Positions 19,977-28,727 of a stretch of DNA of 64,000 bases are shown one piece after another (positions within the stretch are counted from its first letter, which is position 1; each line of letters starts with the position of its first letter). The translations under genes were made by a program, and so were the position numbers. This stretch comes from a virus. The DNA is taken from positions 1-64,000 of the IMG/VR virus record IMGVR_UViG_3300031251_000010. One strand, 5' to 3'. Below the pieces are notes generated by a model. It was not told the origin of the DNA. It ran no database searches and saw nothing but the letters and a program-made list of their open reading frames with translations.

Positions 19977-20705
19977 TTACCAGGTTTCGGAGGGTTGGCC
20001 GATGGCGATGTTGGGTTCGGAGTCGCCTCGGCGGATGTTGCAGTTCAGGTGGCTGGGTCGGAAGTTCCGTGGGTCCAGCGCGAGCTCGGGTGCCTCTGAC
20101 ACGGGGATGGCGTGGTCCACGGAGAAGCTGTCCGGGTGGGGTGCCTTGAGGCTGTAGTCGATGGGGCGCTGGTCCAGCCAGCACACGTCGCCGCGCTCCT
20201 GGCACTCCTTACGGAAGGTGGCCTTGAGCTCCTGGTAGTGGCGGCCGCGTGGGCGTCCCTGTGCGTCCAGGCCAGGGACGTGTTCGGCGGGGGTGCTGCC
20301 GGTGGTGGGGTGCTCCTCGTACCAGCGTTTAATAGCGCCCTGTAGCTGCCATGGGCGTTCGGCGCGGGCTCGTTCCATGACGGTGTCTTGGCCGGGGTCG
20401 ATCGTGATGACCTCGGCGCCGTACGAGCGGTACTTCGTGAGCATCGCGGTACTCGGGGTGGAGTGAATGAGGAACACGTCGTGCTCGCCGACGAGCGTCA
20501 GGGCGGTGTCTATGGCTGCCTGACGGGCGGCCTTGGTGACTGCCTTCACGTGGTCGGGGTGGTCGTGGCGGTGGGGGCTGTCGTCCTGTGGGCTGAGGGT
20601 GCAGGCGATGGCGTCGTAGTCGATGGTGATGTCACCGGGCCGCGAGTTGTCCCGCACCCATGTGGACTTGCCCGCTGCCGGCGGACCCACCACCACGAAC
20701 AGCAC
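19977..20705 (-). CDS. P-loop (AAA_33/kinase-like) + HNH endonuclease fusion
   Basis: GPPAAGKST Walker A; C-terminal CWL...SVDHAIP...HLNCN HNH motif; upstream of the terminase region. Confidence 0.8.
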   Translation of the reverse strand: MLFVVVGPPAAGKSTWVRDNSRPGDITIDYDAIACTLSPQDDSPHRHDHPDHVKAVTKAARQAAIDTALTLVGEHDVFLIHSTPSTAMLTKYRSYGAEVITIDPGQDTVMERARAERPWQLQGAIKRWYEEHPTTGSTPAEHVPGLDAQGRPRGRHYQELKATFRKECQERGDVCWLDQRPIDYSLKAPHPDSFSVDHAIPVSEAPELALDPRNFRPSHLNCNIRRGDSEPNIAIGQPSETW

Positions 20706-21078
20706 CTACACGCCCTCGGACATCAGCGGTGTGTCGGTGTGGGCGTGGTCGTTGAAGTTCCCGGTCACCGTGATCTCACCGCAGGTGGCGCAGTGCAGTA
20801 CAGCGCCGTTGGAGCATGGATACCAGATCCACGGGCCGAGGCAGGCGGCCATCAGTGGAACCACCGGAGAAGGCGCAGGAACGGTCTCTTCCACCGTGGC
20901 GCGGTCAGATACCGCACCGTCCAATGGGTATCGGTGATGAGTGCGTGGGCGCGGGCGAGCGGGTCCGGGCAGCTGTGAGGTTCTACGTCAGGTGTAAGTC
21001 CGCCGTACCCATGGACCCCTGAATGTTTCTCGACATGGACGACACCGCCGATGAGCAGGCCTACAAGGCCCTGGTGTG

Positions 21079-21504
21079 TCATGCGTTCGCCGTTGGCTGC
21101 TCGACGGGTGCCGGGTCGCTGTCCACCGCGCACGGGCACGGCGGCGCTGGTTCCCCATCCATCGGTGGCGACATCCACGCCGTGGCCTCTTCCCCGCACT
21201 CATTCGCCTTGTGGGGCGGGTGTGGGCAGTATCCGCACACCGGGTCCGGGTCTACGGCTTCGGGGCGTTCCGCGTACGCGACGAACTCATGCCACGTGTA
21301 TGACTCGATCGGCAGCTCCAAATGGTCCTGCGCTGCCCGGGGAATGGTCTCCGGCGGAACGATGCTCGCCCGGTACTCGACTATGTGGAGGCCTTCAGCG
21401 GCGGCGGTCAGCTCGAACGATTCCCGCGCCAGCCAACGCAACACATCCACGTCGGTGTCCGGCGGCTGAGGGAACAGGGTCCGCAACTGCCGAGCGGCGC
21501 TCAC
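21079..21504 (-). CDS. hypothetical protein
   Basis: coupled ORF with Cys/His cluster CGYCPHPPH. Confidence 0.5.
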   Translation of the reverse strand: MSAARQLRTLFPQPPDTDVDVLRWLARESFELTAAAEGLHIVEYRASIVPPETIPRAAQDHLELPIESYTWHEFVAYAERPEAVDPDPVCGYCPHPPHKANECGEEATAWMSPPMDGEPAPPCPCAVDSDPAPVEQPTANA

Positions 21505-21836
21505 GCTGACGCCACCACGAACGCGTCCGCGTTGCCCCGGTAGCAGCCGCCGGTACGCGCCGACATGAAGTAGGCGGTGCCGCCCCACACGTGGTTCACG
21601 CGCAGATCGCCGACGCTGGTACGGGTGGACTCGATTTCAGGCTGGGCGAGGTGTCCATCCTCGATGAGGGACCGCATCGCGGATAGCGCCTGCTGGGCAA
21701 GGTAGATCACCCGGCGCTGGTGACGGAGCTCGGCGGCGACTAACTCGAGTACGACGTAGCGCGCGGCCATGGGATCTGGTGCGTCGATGGTTATGACGCC
21801 GGTAGGGGCGCAGGTTGGGGCAGTGCGTTGGGGCAT
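21501..21836 (-). CDS. hypothetical protein
   Basis: RBS AGGAG, MPQRT start. Confidence 0.5.
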   Translation of the reverse strand: MPQRTAPTCAPTGVITIDAPDPMAARYVVLELVAAELRHQRRVIYLAQQALSAMRSLIEDGHLAQPEIESTRTSVGDLRVNHVWGGTAYFMSARTGGCYRGNADAFVVASA

Positions 21837-21909
21837 GTCGGGTTCTCCTGTGCTGCTGAGCATGTGCTGGAGGTGCCGTCACTGGGGAGCCAGAGGCGGT
21901 AAGTGACGG

Positions 21910-22410
21910 TCAGGCCGGGTTCGGCGCCGGGTTGTTCTGGAACCACTGCTCGTACTGGGCCTGGGTCTGGAACGGGTGGCGCTGCACCGTGGTCAGATTC
22001 ACCTCGGTACCGGCGGTCACGGGCGCGATGATCGCGAAGTTCCGCCAGGTCCGGTCGCCTCGGTTGAACACCACATTCGAGAAGCTGATGTCGATGTACA
22101 GGTCCGCTGCCCACGAGAGCAGAGGCGTGTTCGCGAACAGCTTCATGCCGAGGGTGCCGTTGGGGTGGCGGAGGCGGCCTTCATCGAGGCGGCCCTCGAA
22201 CGTGTCGAGCGCGAAATCCGTTGGGCGGGGGTCGTAGTTCGCGGCCCGGAACGCCCAGCCCTGCGGCAGCCGGTACCGGAACAGGACTGTCGCGGTGATG
22301 GGGCGGATGTCGGGCTCGTTGTCCGGGTCGGTGTTGCGGTCCGCGACGCCCGCCCACGTGTCGTACATGACCGTGAACGACTGCGGAACCGCGAGACCCG
22401 GACCGGTCAC
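21910..22410 (-). CDS. hypothetical virion-associated-like protein
   Basis: 166 aa, resembles N-terminal modules of mycobacteriophage minor tail proteins (D.D.EPD..I.ATV.F). Confidence 0.5.
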   Translation of the reverse strand: MTGPGLAVPQSFTVMYDTWAGVADRNTDPDNEPDIRPITATVLFRYRLPQGWAFRAANYDPRPTDFALDTFEGRLDEGRLRHPNGTLGMKLFANTPLLSWAADLYIDISFSNVVFNRGDRTWRNFAIIAPVTAGTEVNLTTVQRHPFQTQAQYEQWFQNNPAPNPA

Positions 22411-22724
22411 TTGGTCTGGCTGCCCTTGCCGCTATCGGCGGTGGTGTCGTAGGCGGAGCCGTCGTGGACGGTCTCCAGTACGCCGGGGGCGCCGTCGTTT
22501 TCGCCGGGTTCGTCGCCCTCGGCGTGGAGTGCGCCGTCAACCACTGTACCGGTAGGGAGGAGCGGGCTCGTTTCGGTGGTGAGGACGGTCAGCTCTCTGC
22601 TGGCGGCCTCTCGGGTGGCCGCGATGGACAGCGCGCCGTCCGGCCCCTCCACGAGACTGAAGTTCTCCACGTCCTGCGAGTACTCGATCCGGTCGTTGAA
22701 ACGGATCTCTAACCGTCCTGGCAT
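22407..22724 (-). CDS. hypothetical protein
   Basis: RBS GAAGGAG before MPGRLEIRF. Confidence 0.55.
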   Translation of the reverse strand: MPGRLEIRFNDRIEYSQDVENFSLVEGPDGALSIAATREAASRELTVLTTETSPLLPTGTVVDGALHAEGDEPGENDGAPGVLETVHDGSAYDTTADSGKGSQTK

Positions 22725-23160
22725 GTTGTGCTCCTTCGGTATCCAGGTGTAGTGCTCGGCTGGTAGCTCGACCACACCGCGCAGCCACAGCGGGCTGGCC
22801 GGGTTGGGCATTTGCTGAATCCTTTTGCGCTGCAATGGTTTTAAGGTGCGCCGGGTGGTTGCCTGTCGCCCGTCGTCGTGACGCGTAGCTGCCATGACGT
22901 GTTCCACGCGAGGGCGGATAGCCCGGCCCGGCGCACCAGCTCAATGACTTCCCGCCCCGCGCGACGCGCAGCGCGCCCTCCACCCCATGACGAGGCTTCC
23001 TGGGTGTCCGGCCGACCCTCCGCCCCAGCAAGACGGTATTGACTGGGTCGGCCTGCTATGGCCCGGCGCAACCGCCTGGGGCGGTCTCGGCTACGGGCCG
23101 CGCGCTTACCCGGGCAAGCACATACCGGCTTAACGAGGCGCGCGGGGCGGAAAGGGTCAG

Positions 23161-23197
23161 AAACGAGAAAAGGCCCCCGGAAGACTCTCAGGGGCCT
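23161..23197 (-). terminator. intrinsic terminator upstream of late genes
   Basis: AGGCCCC...GGGGCCT followed by TTTCTCGTTT on the minus strand. Confidence 0.55.
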
Positions 23198-23267
23198 GAA
23201 CTCTGGGCATAGCTCTGCCCGCCACACCTGTATAACACGTTACGTCCGACAACCCATGGAGGCCGCG

Positions 23268-23831
23268 TTACTGCTTGTCGCGCGCCGCCAACGGCTGGCG
23301 GTTGTCGGGTAGCTTTGCCGCATCCCCTTGGAGGTCTTCCAGCTGATTACGCAGCCCATCTCGCGTCTTGTTGCTGCCGGCCATGAACAAATCAGAGATA
23401 CCCGGAATGCGGTACTCCGACTTGAGCCCCCAGAACACGATTACCCCACCCACTAAAAAGAAGAACAAGGCTGGCACCAGGTACAAGATGGCCAGCGCTA
23501 CCTCATCGGTAGCGAAAGTACGAATACTCGCGTAGAGGTACAAGAATCCGGCCAGCGGGCCGAGTACTAGACCATATGCCGCGAGCCGGAAATCGCGCCG
23601 CTTGCGGCTGTCCGATAAGGCACGGCCCTTCAACCGCACGGCGACCCATCGCTCCAGCCACTCCGCATGCTCGGGGAACTTCCCTTGAAGCTTCTCTGCT
23701 AGTTCGAGATCCGATTTCAGTGAGTCCCAACCGCGATGCCGGGACGCGGCGGTCCATACAGCCAGTCCCCATGCGGAAATAAGCGCCAGAACCGGCAGTG
23801 CAGCGTCCACGAGCAAGTTTGAGCTGTCCAT
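23268..23831 (-). CDS. membrane protein
   Basis: 187 aa, three hydrophobic segments. Confidence 0.6.
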   Translation of the reverse strand: MDSSNLLVDAALPVLALISAWGLAVWTAASRHRGWDSLKSDLELAEKLQGKFPEHAEWLERWVAVRLKGRALSDSRKRRDFRLAAYGLVLGPLAGFLYLYASIRTFATDEVALAILYLVPALFFFLVGGVIVFWGLKSEYRIPGISDLFMAGSNKTRDGLRNQLEDLQGDAAKLPDNRQPLAARDKQ

Positions 23832-23841
23832 TTCGGCCCCC

Positions 23842-24384
23842 TTACAGCGTGAAATCGCCTCTGGCGTACTGGACTGCCAGCGCGAACACCATGAACTGCT
23901 GGAGCAGGACGCCTGACTGCTCCTCAGAAAGTAGCGCCGAGATGTCCGGCTGGGTGGCTATATCCCCCGCATATACACGCTCCGCAATCCCCACACCAAT
24001 GTCGGTCGGCCCCATCACGAAGCCACCCGAGTTCTGGTTAGTTCGGTCCAGGAAATCCTTTGCCTCTGGAAAAAAGTTATCCGGGAGGCTGACCTGCGGG
24101 AAGTGTTGGGCGAGCGATTTTGCCGCTGTTTCCGAGGAGAACCGACACAAGTGACCCATGGCTTTTACCTGAACAAAGTGAATCAGGTTTTGTTTATCCG
24201 AGAAATTGGACAGTGAAATGTTGTCCAACGCTTCAGGATTAGTGGCTAGATTCTCGATTTCCTGCTCGATAGCTCCAAATACCTTGTACGGCATGATGAT
24301 GCTGGAGCCGTCACCGAAGTTGATGGACATCGCGTTGGAGTTGTCCTCTGGCTCACTCTCGAATGCATCATGGCGCCTATCCAT
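23842..24384 (-). CDS. hypothetical protein
   Basis: 180 aa ORF, visibly AT-richer than flanks. Confidence 0.55.
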   Translation of the reverse strand: MDRRHDAFESEPEDNSNAMSINFGDGSSIIMPYKVFGAIEQEIENLATNPEALDNISLSNFSDKQNLIHFVQVKAMGHLCRFSSETAAKSLAQHFPQVSLPDNFFPEAKDFLDRTNQNSGGFVMGPTDIGVGIAERVYAGDIATQPDISALLSEEQSGVLLQQFMVFALAVQYARGDFTL

Positions 24385-24667
24385 GACTCGCAGCCCCTTG
24401 CCCTGTTCTGCTTAGGCCAGGATTTGGACCGTCGATGGCCTCGATATTGGCCCAGTCACCGGGGGCGTAAGCGAACCAGCGTGGTGTTCGCGGGCCGGGG
24501 TTAGGAGGCGACAGCGGCCTTTCGATCAGCTGTTCCTTGGTGCCTAACGGGTCGTGGACCAACAGCGTGCCGTCTGTCAGGACGTTCCACTGCGAATCAA
24601 TCCCGTACTGGTCGTATATCGGATTGTCAGGGCGGAATACCTTGATCCCGATGTATGCCTCAGCCAT
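24377..24667 (-). CDS. hypothetical protein
   Basis: 96 aa, overlaps next gene. Confidence 0.5.
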   Translation of the reverse strand: MAEAYIGIKVFRPDNPIYDQYGIDSQWNVLTDGTLLVHDPLGTKEQLIERPLSPPNPGPRTPRWFAYAPGDWANIEAIDGPNPGLSRTGQGAASHG

Positions 24668-24724
24668 TGGGCAAACGTACTACGGCGCAGTGACAGCAGG
24701 GCGGTTAGTCGGAACCAAACGGAG

Positions 24725-25123
24725 CTATCTCGGTTTGCACGCCGTTGCGGCATGTATCGCGAGAAGTGCCGCCGCGACCGTTGGGGCGTCCGCGATGGGG
24801 AGTGATCGCGGGATGCCCGCCAAGGCGATGCGGCCCGTCCGGTCAAGGAAGACTTCGCCATCCGCCCAGGGCTGCTCGCTCAATGGGATCCGAACCGCCC
24901 AGCCGCCATACCCGTCAGGGGCGATATTCGGCAGTTCCACCAGCAAGATTCCCTCGGCCGCGAGGAGAGCTGGGAGCACGGACGCTATCCGCCCGGCCAC
25001 CTCCTCCGGCGTGCGGACTTCAACGAAAGCGTCCGGGTCTCGGATGAAGCTCGGGTCATGGGTGCGGCTCAGCATGTTCGGGATACCCGCGATCACCCGC
25101 GCCAATACCGTGCCGACTGCCAT
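24725..25123 (-). CDS. hypothetical protein
   Basis: ORF 24725..25180; start uncertain. Confidence 0.45.
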   Translation of the reverse strand: MAVGTVLARVIAGIPNMLSRTHDPSFIRDPDAFVEVRTPEEVAGRIASVLPALLAAEGILLVELPNIAPDGYGGWAVRIPLSEQPWADGEVFLDRTGRIALAGIPRSLPIADAPTVAAALLAIHAATACKPR

Positions 25124-25728
25124 AGGCCACGTTCTACTCTCCGCCACCGACAGCACCCCACTGAGCGCGGCTAGTCCCACGGGTTGTCGTATCGCCAGTT
25201 GCCCATGATGTCGCCGGGGTGCTCACGAAACCCGCGCCGGGTGATCTGTTGCCACTCCATCGGGAGAGGCATGAGCGGGGGCCGGTCGATCAGCAAGTCC
25301 AGGTAGCGCGGTACCTGCTCGAAGACGGGGGCCGCCTCCGTGCCCGACTGGTGCTCATCCCAGGCCAGCATGTAAGCCGAGGGCCACACATCCACGCGGG
25401 AGGACGCGAGCACCACCGTCAGGTACGCGCCGTGCTCATCGACGGCGAGAACCCCACGCGCCCGCGCCGTCCTCTGGTCACGGATGTTCGGGCCCAACCG
25501 CCACCAGCAGTCCAGTGGTCCGGGCACCCGCCGAGCCGATGCCTCACGCGGCGCGGCCTCGATCCGCGCCGGCAGGCGGTCAGGCATCGCGAACCACGGC
25601 TCGACACCGACCCGTGACGGAGTTCGGGGTGACGCAGTCCTCATTGGACGAATCGTTGGCGTCCATTTCGAGCAGCCTTCGGGCCGTCACGGCGAACGAA
25701 GCGTAGGCATCGGCCAAGGCTTCTGCCC

Positions 25729-26034
25729 TCACCTGCGCTCGTGTTCCCACTCGCGCAGGCGGTTCCACGCCGTCATCACTAGGTGGTTATCCGCGTCGGT
25801 AGGTACGCCGTCGAAGATGTGCAGCGCGGTGTAGCCGGGCGTGAAGTAGGTCAGGCCGTGCTGGCTGGAGACTCCACCGCCGTAAGCGTCGCCCTCGATC
25901 TCCCATTCGATGACCGGACCGCCGTCCGGCGCCACGATAACGATGCGCTCGGTGACCGTCGTGTCCGCGATGCGGTGGGCCAGCTGCACCAGACGCCAAG
26001 CAACCCAGCGGCGGATACCCAACTCCCGGATCAT
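25729..26034 (-). CDS. hypothetical protein
   Basis: coupled ORF, 101 aa. Confidence 0.5.
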   Translation of the reverse strand: MIRELGIRRWVAWRLVQLAHRIADTTVTERIVIVAPDGGPVIEWEIEGDAYGGGVSSQHGLTYFTPGYTALHIFDGVPTDADNHLVMTAWNRLREWEHERR

Positions 26035-26450
26035 GCTTCGCTCGGCGCCTCAGTCGGGCCCAGTCGTGCAACTCGTGATTCCGCATACTTCAAAGCGTCT
26101 TCGCGGGTGCCGAACCGTCGCCCACCCTGACTGGAAGTGTTGCCGAAACATCCGGGACGAGTTTCATACTGGTAGTCGCACTCGACGTACGTATCGTAAA
26201 GATCATCACGCCCAGCGTGATAGCGGTACAGCCCGGATACGACACCGAGTTTCTCGCCGGTTTGCACATCGTAGATATCGTCTCCGACTTGCAGCTTCGA
26301 CGTTTCACGCATTTTCGCGTCTAGCCATTCGCGGCGCGCGTCTATCGCTGCCTGCACCGCCGCATTCAAGGCTTCCAGTTCCGACTCCTCGTCGGTATTC
26401 AACGGCCTCTGGGTTCTCATCGGATTACGTTGCTTTCCAATAGAATCCAT
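26031..26450 (-). CDS. hypothetical protein
   Basis: 139 aa ORF in coupled run. Confidence 0.5.
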   Translation of the reverse strand: MDSIGKQRNPMRTQRPLNTDEESELEALNAAVQAAIDARREWLDAKMRETSKLQVGDDIYDVQTGEKLGVVSGLYRYHAGRDDLYDTYVECDYQYETRPGCFGNTSSQGGRRFGTREDALKYAESRVARLGPTEAPSEA

Positions 26451-26469
26451 CCCGCCAGTTCGTAAGTGC

Positions 26470-26859
26470 TCATGGTTTGATCACCGCGATTATGTGCTTT
26501 CCGGGCATCATGTCGGCCAGCTCGGTCAACGCGTTGATGTGGGTGTGGGCGTCGTCGGGGAGCGGCGTCACGGCCAGCTCCGCGCCATAGGTTCCCTCCA
26601 GACCGGCGAGGTACGCCATGTATGCGTCGGGGTCCGGGAGGTCGGGTACGGCGATGTCGGCGAGCAGCGGATGCTGTTCCAGCAGGGCTGGTTTGCACTC
26701 ACCTGCGGCACGAGGCAACTGATGGGTGAACAGGTTGTCGCCGGTCATGAAGTTGAGGAGTTCGTAGATGTCGCCGATATCGTGCGCGAGCATCCGGTCG
26801 GTGGTGACGGTCAAGATGGCGCCGAGGCCGAACATGCGTGGGGCGGGTGCGGTCATCAC
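26470..26859 (-). CDS. conserved phage protein, paralog of 51285..51662
   Basis: LLNFMTG...HQLPRA...C...LLEQHP motif shared with 51285..51662. Confidence 0.6.
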   Translation of the reverse strand: MMTAPAPRMFGLGAILTVTTDRMLAHDIGDIYELLNFMTGDNLFTHQLPRAAGECKPALLEQHPLLADIAVPDLPDPDAYMAYLAGLEGTYGAELAVTPLPDDAHTHINALTELADMMPGKHIIAVIKP

Positions 26860-27632
26860 TTACTCCAATGTCGTTGGTACATATTGACCAGCCACGCGTT
26901 GATCCGATCCCAGTCCGGCCCATCCGGCAGAGACGGGATCGATGCGTGGTACTCAAGGCTCACGGCCAGAGTGTCAAGCCAGCGCTTCACCTCAGGGAGC
27001 GGGATCTCGCCGCGCCGAACGCCCAGCAGTGCATCGCGATGCGCTTGGAGCATGGGTAGGTGCACCCTTCGCTCAGTGAGGAGTTGGATGCCTTGCATAC
27101 CGAGGCGCAGTGCGTGATACGCGTATTTGGTGTCGAACCCGTACTGCTCGATGAGTTCGGGCCGGTTGGTGTGCCGGTGGTGAGTGCCCTCCAGGCCCTC
27201 CCGCTGAGAGTTCAAGTAACCAAGGAACTTCCGTCCGGCCTGCTTCGTGACGAACAGCTCTGACGCTGCCTGGAGCTCGGCTCCAAGTTGAGTTTTCACG
27301 GTCAGCTCTTCGTCGGGTATCCAAAGCATCAGCAGCACCGAGGGGTTACCGTCTGCGGCCAGCCGCGTCCACTTCCGCAGGCTATAGATGCACAGATCGA
27401 GATCGCCGGGGCCGGAGCGGGCGCCGTCCGGCTGGGTGCGGTAGATGTACTGCTCGAACTTCTCCAAACCGATTACGGCTTCGGGTGGTTCGATGCAGAT
27501 GCCCATTTCGTCGCGGTCGTCGGCGCCGGTCGTGACACCGTGCAGACCGGAGCCGACCTGCCCGCGCAGGATCGTGTTCTCGTCCGCGATAACGCGGTGC
27601 CGCTCCGTCCCGTGGCGCGCTTCGGTACTCAC
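26856..27632 (-). CDS. Pol-beta superfamily nucleotidyltransferase (RlaP-like)
   Basis: GSGLHG-x5-DDRD, GNPS, YGFDTKYAYHALRL motifs. Confidence 0.8.
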   Translation of the reverse strand: MSTEARHGTERHRVIADENTILRGQVGSGLHGVTTGADDRDEMGICIEPPEAVIGLEKFEQYIYRTQPDGARSGPGDLDLCIYSLRKWTRLAADGNPSVLLMLWIPDEELTVKTQLGAELQAASELFVTKQAGRKFLGYLNSQREGLEGTHHRHTNRPELIEQYGFDTKYAYHALRLGMQGIQLLTERRVHLPMLQAHRDALLGVRRGEIPLPEVKRWLDTLAVSLEYHASIPSLPDGPDWDRINAWLVNMYQRHWSK

Positions 27633-27638
27633 GGCTGA

Positions 27639-27902
27639 TCAATGCCTAGCGACCGGGGTTCGGTCGTGTGGGCCACCGGTCTTCTTCTCCAGTAGTTCGA
27701 CTTTCCGTCCGCTCTCTCGATGTTCGAGTTCCGGCGCGTCGAACACATACTCGACCAATTCGCCTTGCCCGTTGAGGCCCTTCAGGTTTACCCGCTCGCA
27801 GCCATGCTGGAAGAAATACACAGCGCTGGCCGTGCCCTCGAAACCCGTTGCGGTGTCGCGATATTTCTGTCCGAGTTCGATCTCGGTATTGAACGTGGTC
27901 AT
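27639..27902 (-). CDS. hypothetical protein
   Basis: IELGQKYRD..TGFEG...GC motif, small conserved phage protein. Confidence 0.6.
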   Translation of the reverse strand: MTTFNTEIELGQKYRDTATGFEGTASAVYFFQHGCERVNLKGLNGQGELVEYVFDAPELEHRESGRKVELLEKKTGGPHDRTPVARH

Positions 27903-28123
27903 GGCCGCATTCCTCCGGTTCGTTTGTCGATGATTTTCTGGATGAGTTGGGGGCTGCATTTCACGGCGGTGGCGAGGGTGGCGTGGGTCCACTTCTCGCG
28001 CTCGGCCGCCCAGAGTTCACGTACGAGCCGGTCGCGCTGGCTCCGGTGCCGACTGGCAGAGTCGCGGTCTTCCCCGGCCAGCCGGTGGTGCTCGCGGGCT
28101 TGCTGTGCCCTCGGGTCCATCAA
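27899..28123 (-). CDS. small HTH DNA-binding protein
   Basis: WTHATLATAVKCSPQLIQKI HTH-like segment. Confidence 0.55.
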   Translation of the reverse strand: MMDPRAQQAREHHRLAGEDRDSASRHRSQRDRLVRELWAAEREKWTHATLATAVKCSPQLIQKIIDKRTGGMRP

Positions 28124-28551
28124 CGCCCCCCGATGCCTACGCGGCGGCGGGATATCTTCTCGATCGCGGTGATGGCTTCCTCGCCTGGGTCTTCGATCTC
28201 GGAGCTGCCGTGCTCCGCTGCGTCACGGCCGGACTCGAACAACGGCACTGGGCTCACGTACTCGAATGCCGCCTGTACGTCCTCGGAAGACAGCGCGCCC
28301 GTGACGGCCCCAATGCGTATCGCGAGTAGTTCCTCGCCGCCGTGGCAGCCGACCCAGCCCGCACACAGCCGGGCCGCCGCGTCGGCGGCGTCGGTCTGGT
28401 GGCACAGGAAGAGGCCGGTCGGCTGCTCCGAGGTTGGGGCGTCGTAGGCGATAAGCTTCTGGTACTCGGTGGCGTGCCACACGCCGCTGGGTACGTCCTC
28501 CCGGTAAGGGCACGACGCGCAGGGGCGCGGAGCAGGGCCACCCACGCTCAC
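28120..28551 (-). CDS. Cys-rich protein (DUF6283-like)
   Basis: PCASCPYR...F.CH...LCAGW motifs. Confidence 0.65.
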   Translation of the reverse strand: MSVGGPAPRPCASCPYREDVPSGVWHATEYQKLIAYDAPTSEQPTGLFLCHQTDAADAAARLCAGWVGCHGGEELLAIRIGAVTGALSSEDVQAAFEYVSPVPLFESGRDAAEHGSSEIEDPGEEAITAIEKISRRRVGIGGR

Positions 28552-28725
28552 CTAAACACCAACCGTGTCGGAGTCGCGATCTGGATGTATGGATTCCGAA
28601 TCCCAGTGGGTTTCAGCGTCTACATGCCCCGAGGTAAATCCTCCACGAAGTTGTCTCGCAACGTATTCCACGTACTCGGCAACAGTGTCGCCGTCGCCGG
28701 GTACGTGGATAGTGATGGTTGCCAT
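28552..28725 (-). CDS. small hypothetical protein (57 aa)
   Basis: manually translated MATITIHVPG...VGV*; fills the gap after the Ro60 gene. Confidence 0.45.
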   Translation of the reverse strand: MATITIHVPGDGDTVAEYVEYVARQLRGGFTSGHVDAETHWDSESIHPDRDSDTVGV

Positions 28726-28727
28726 GG

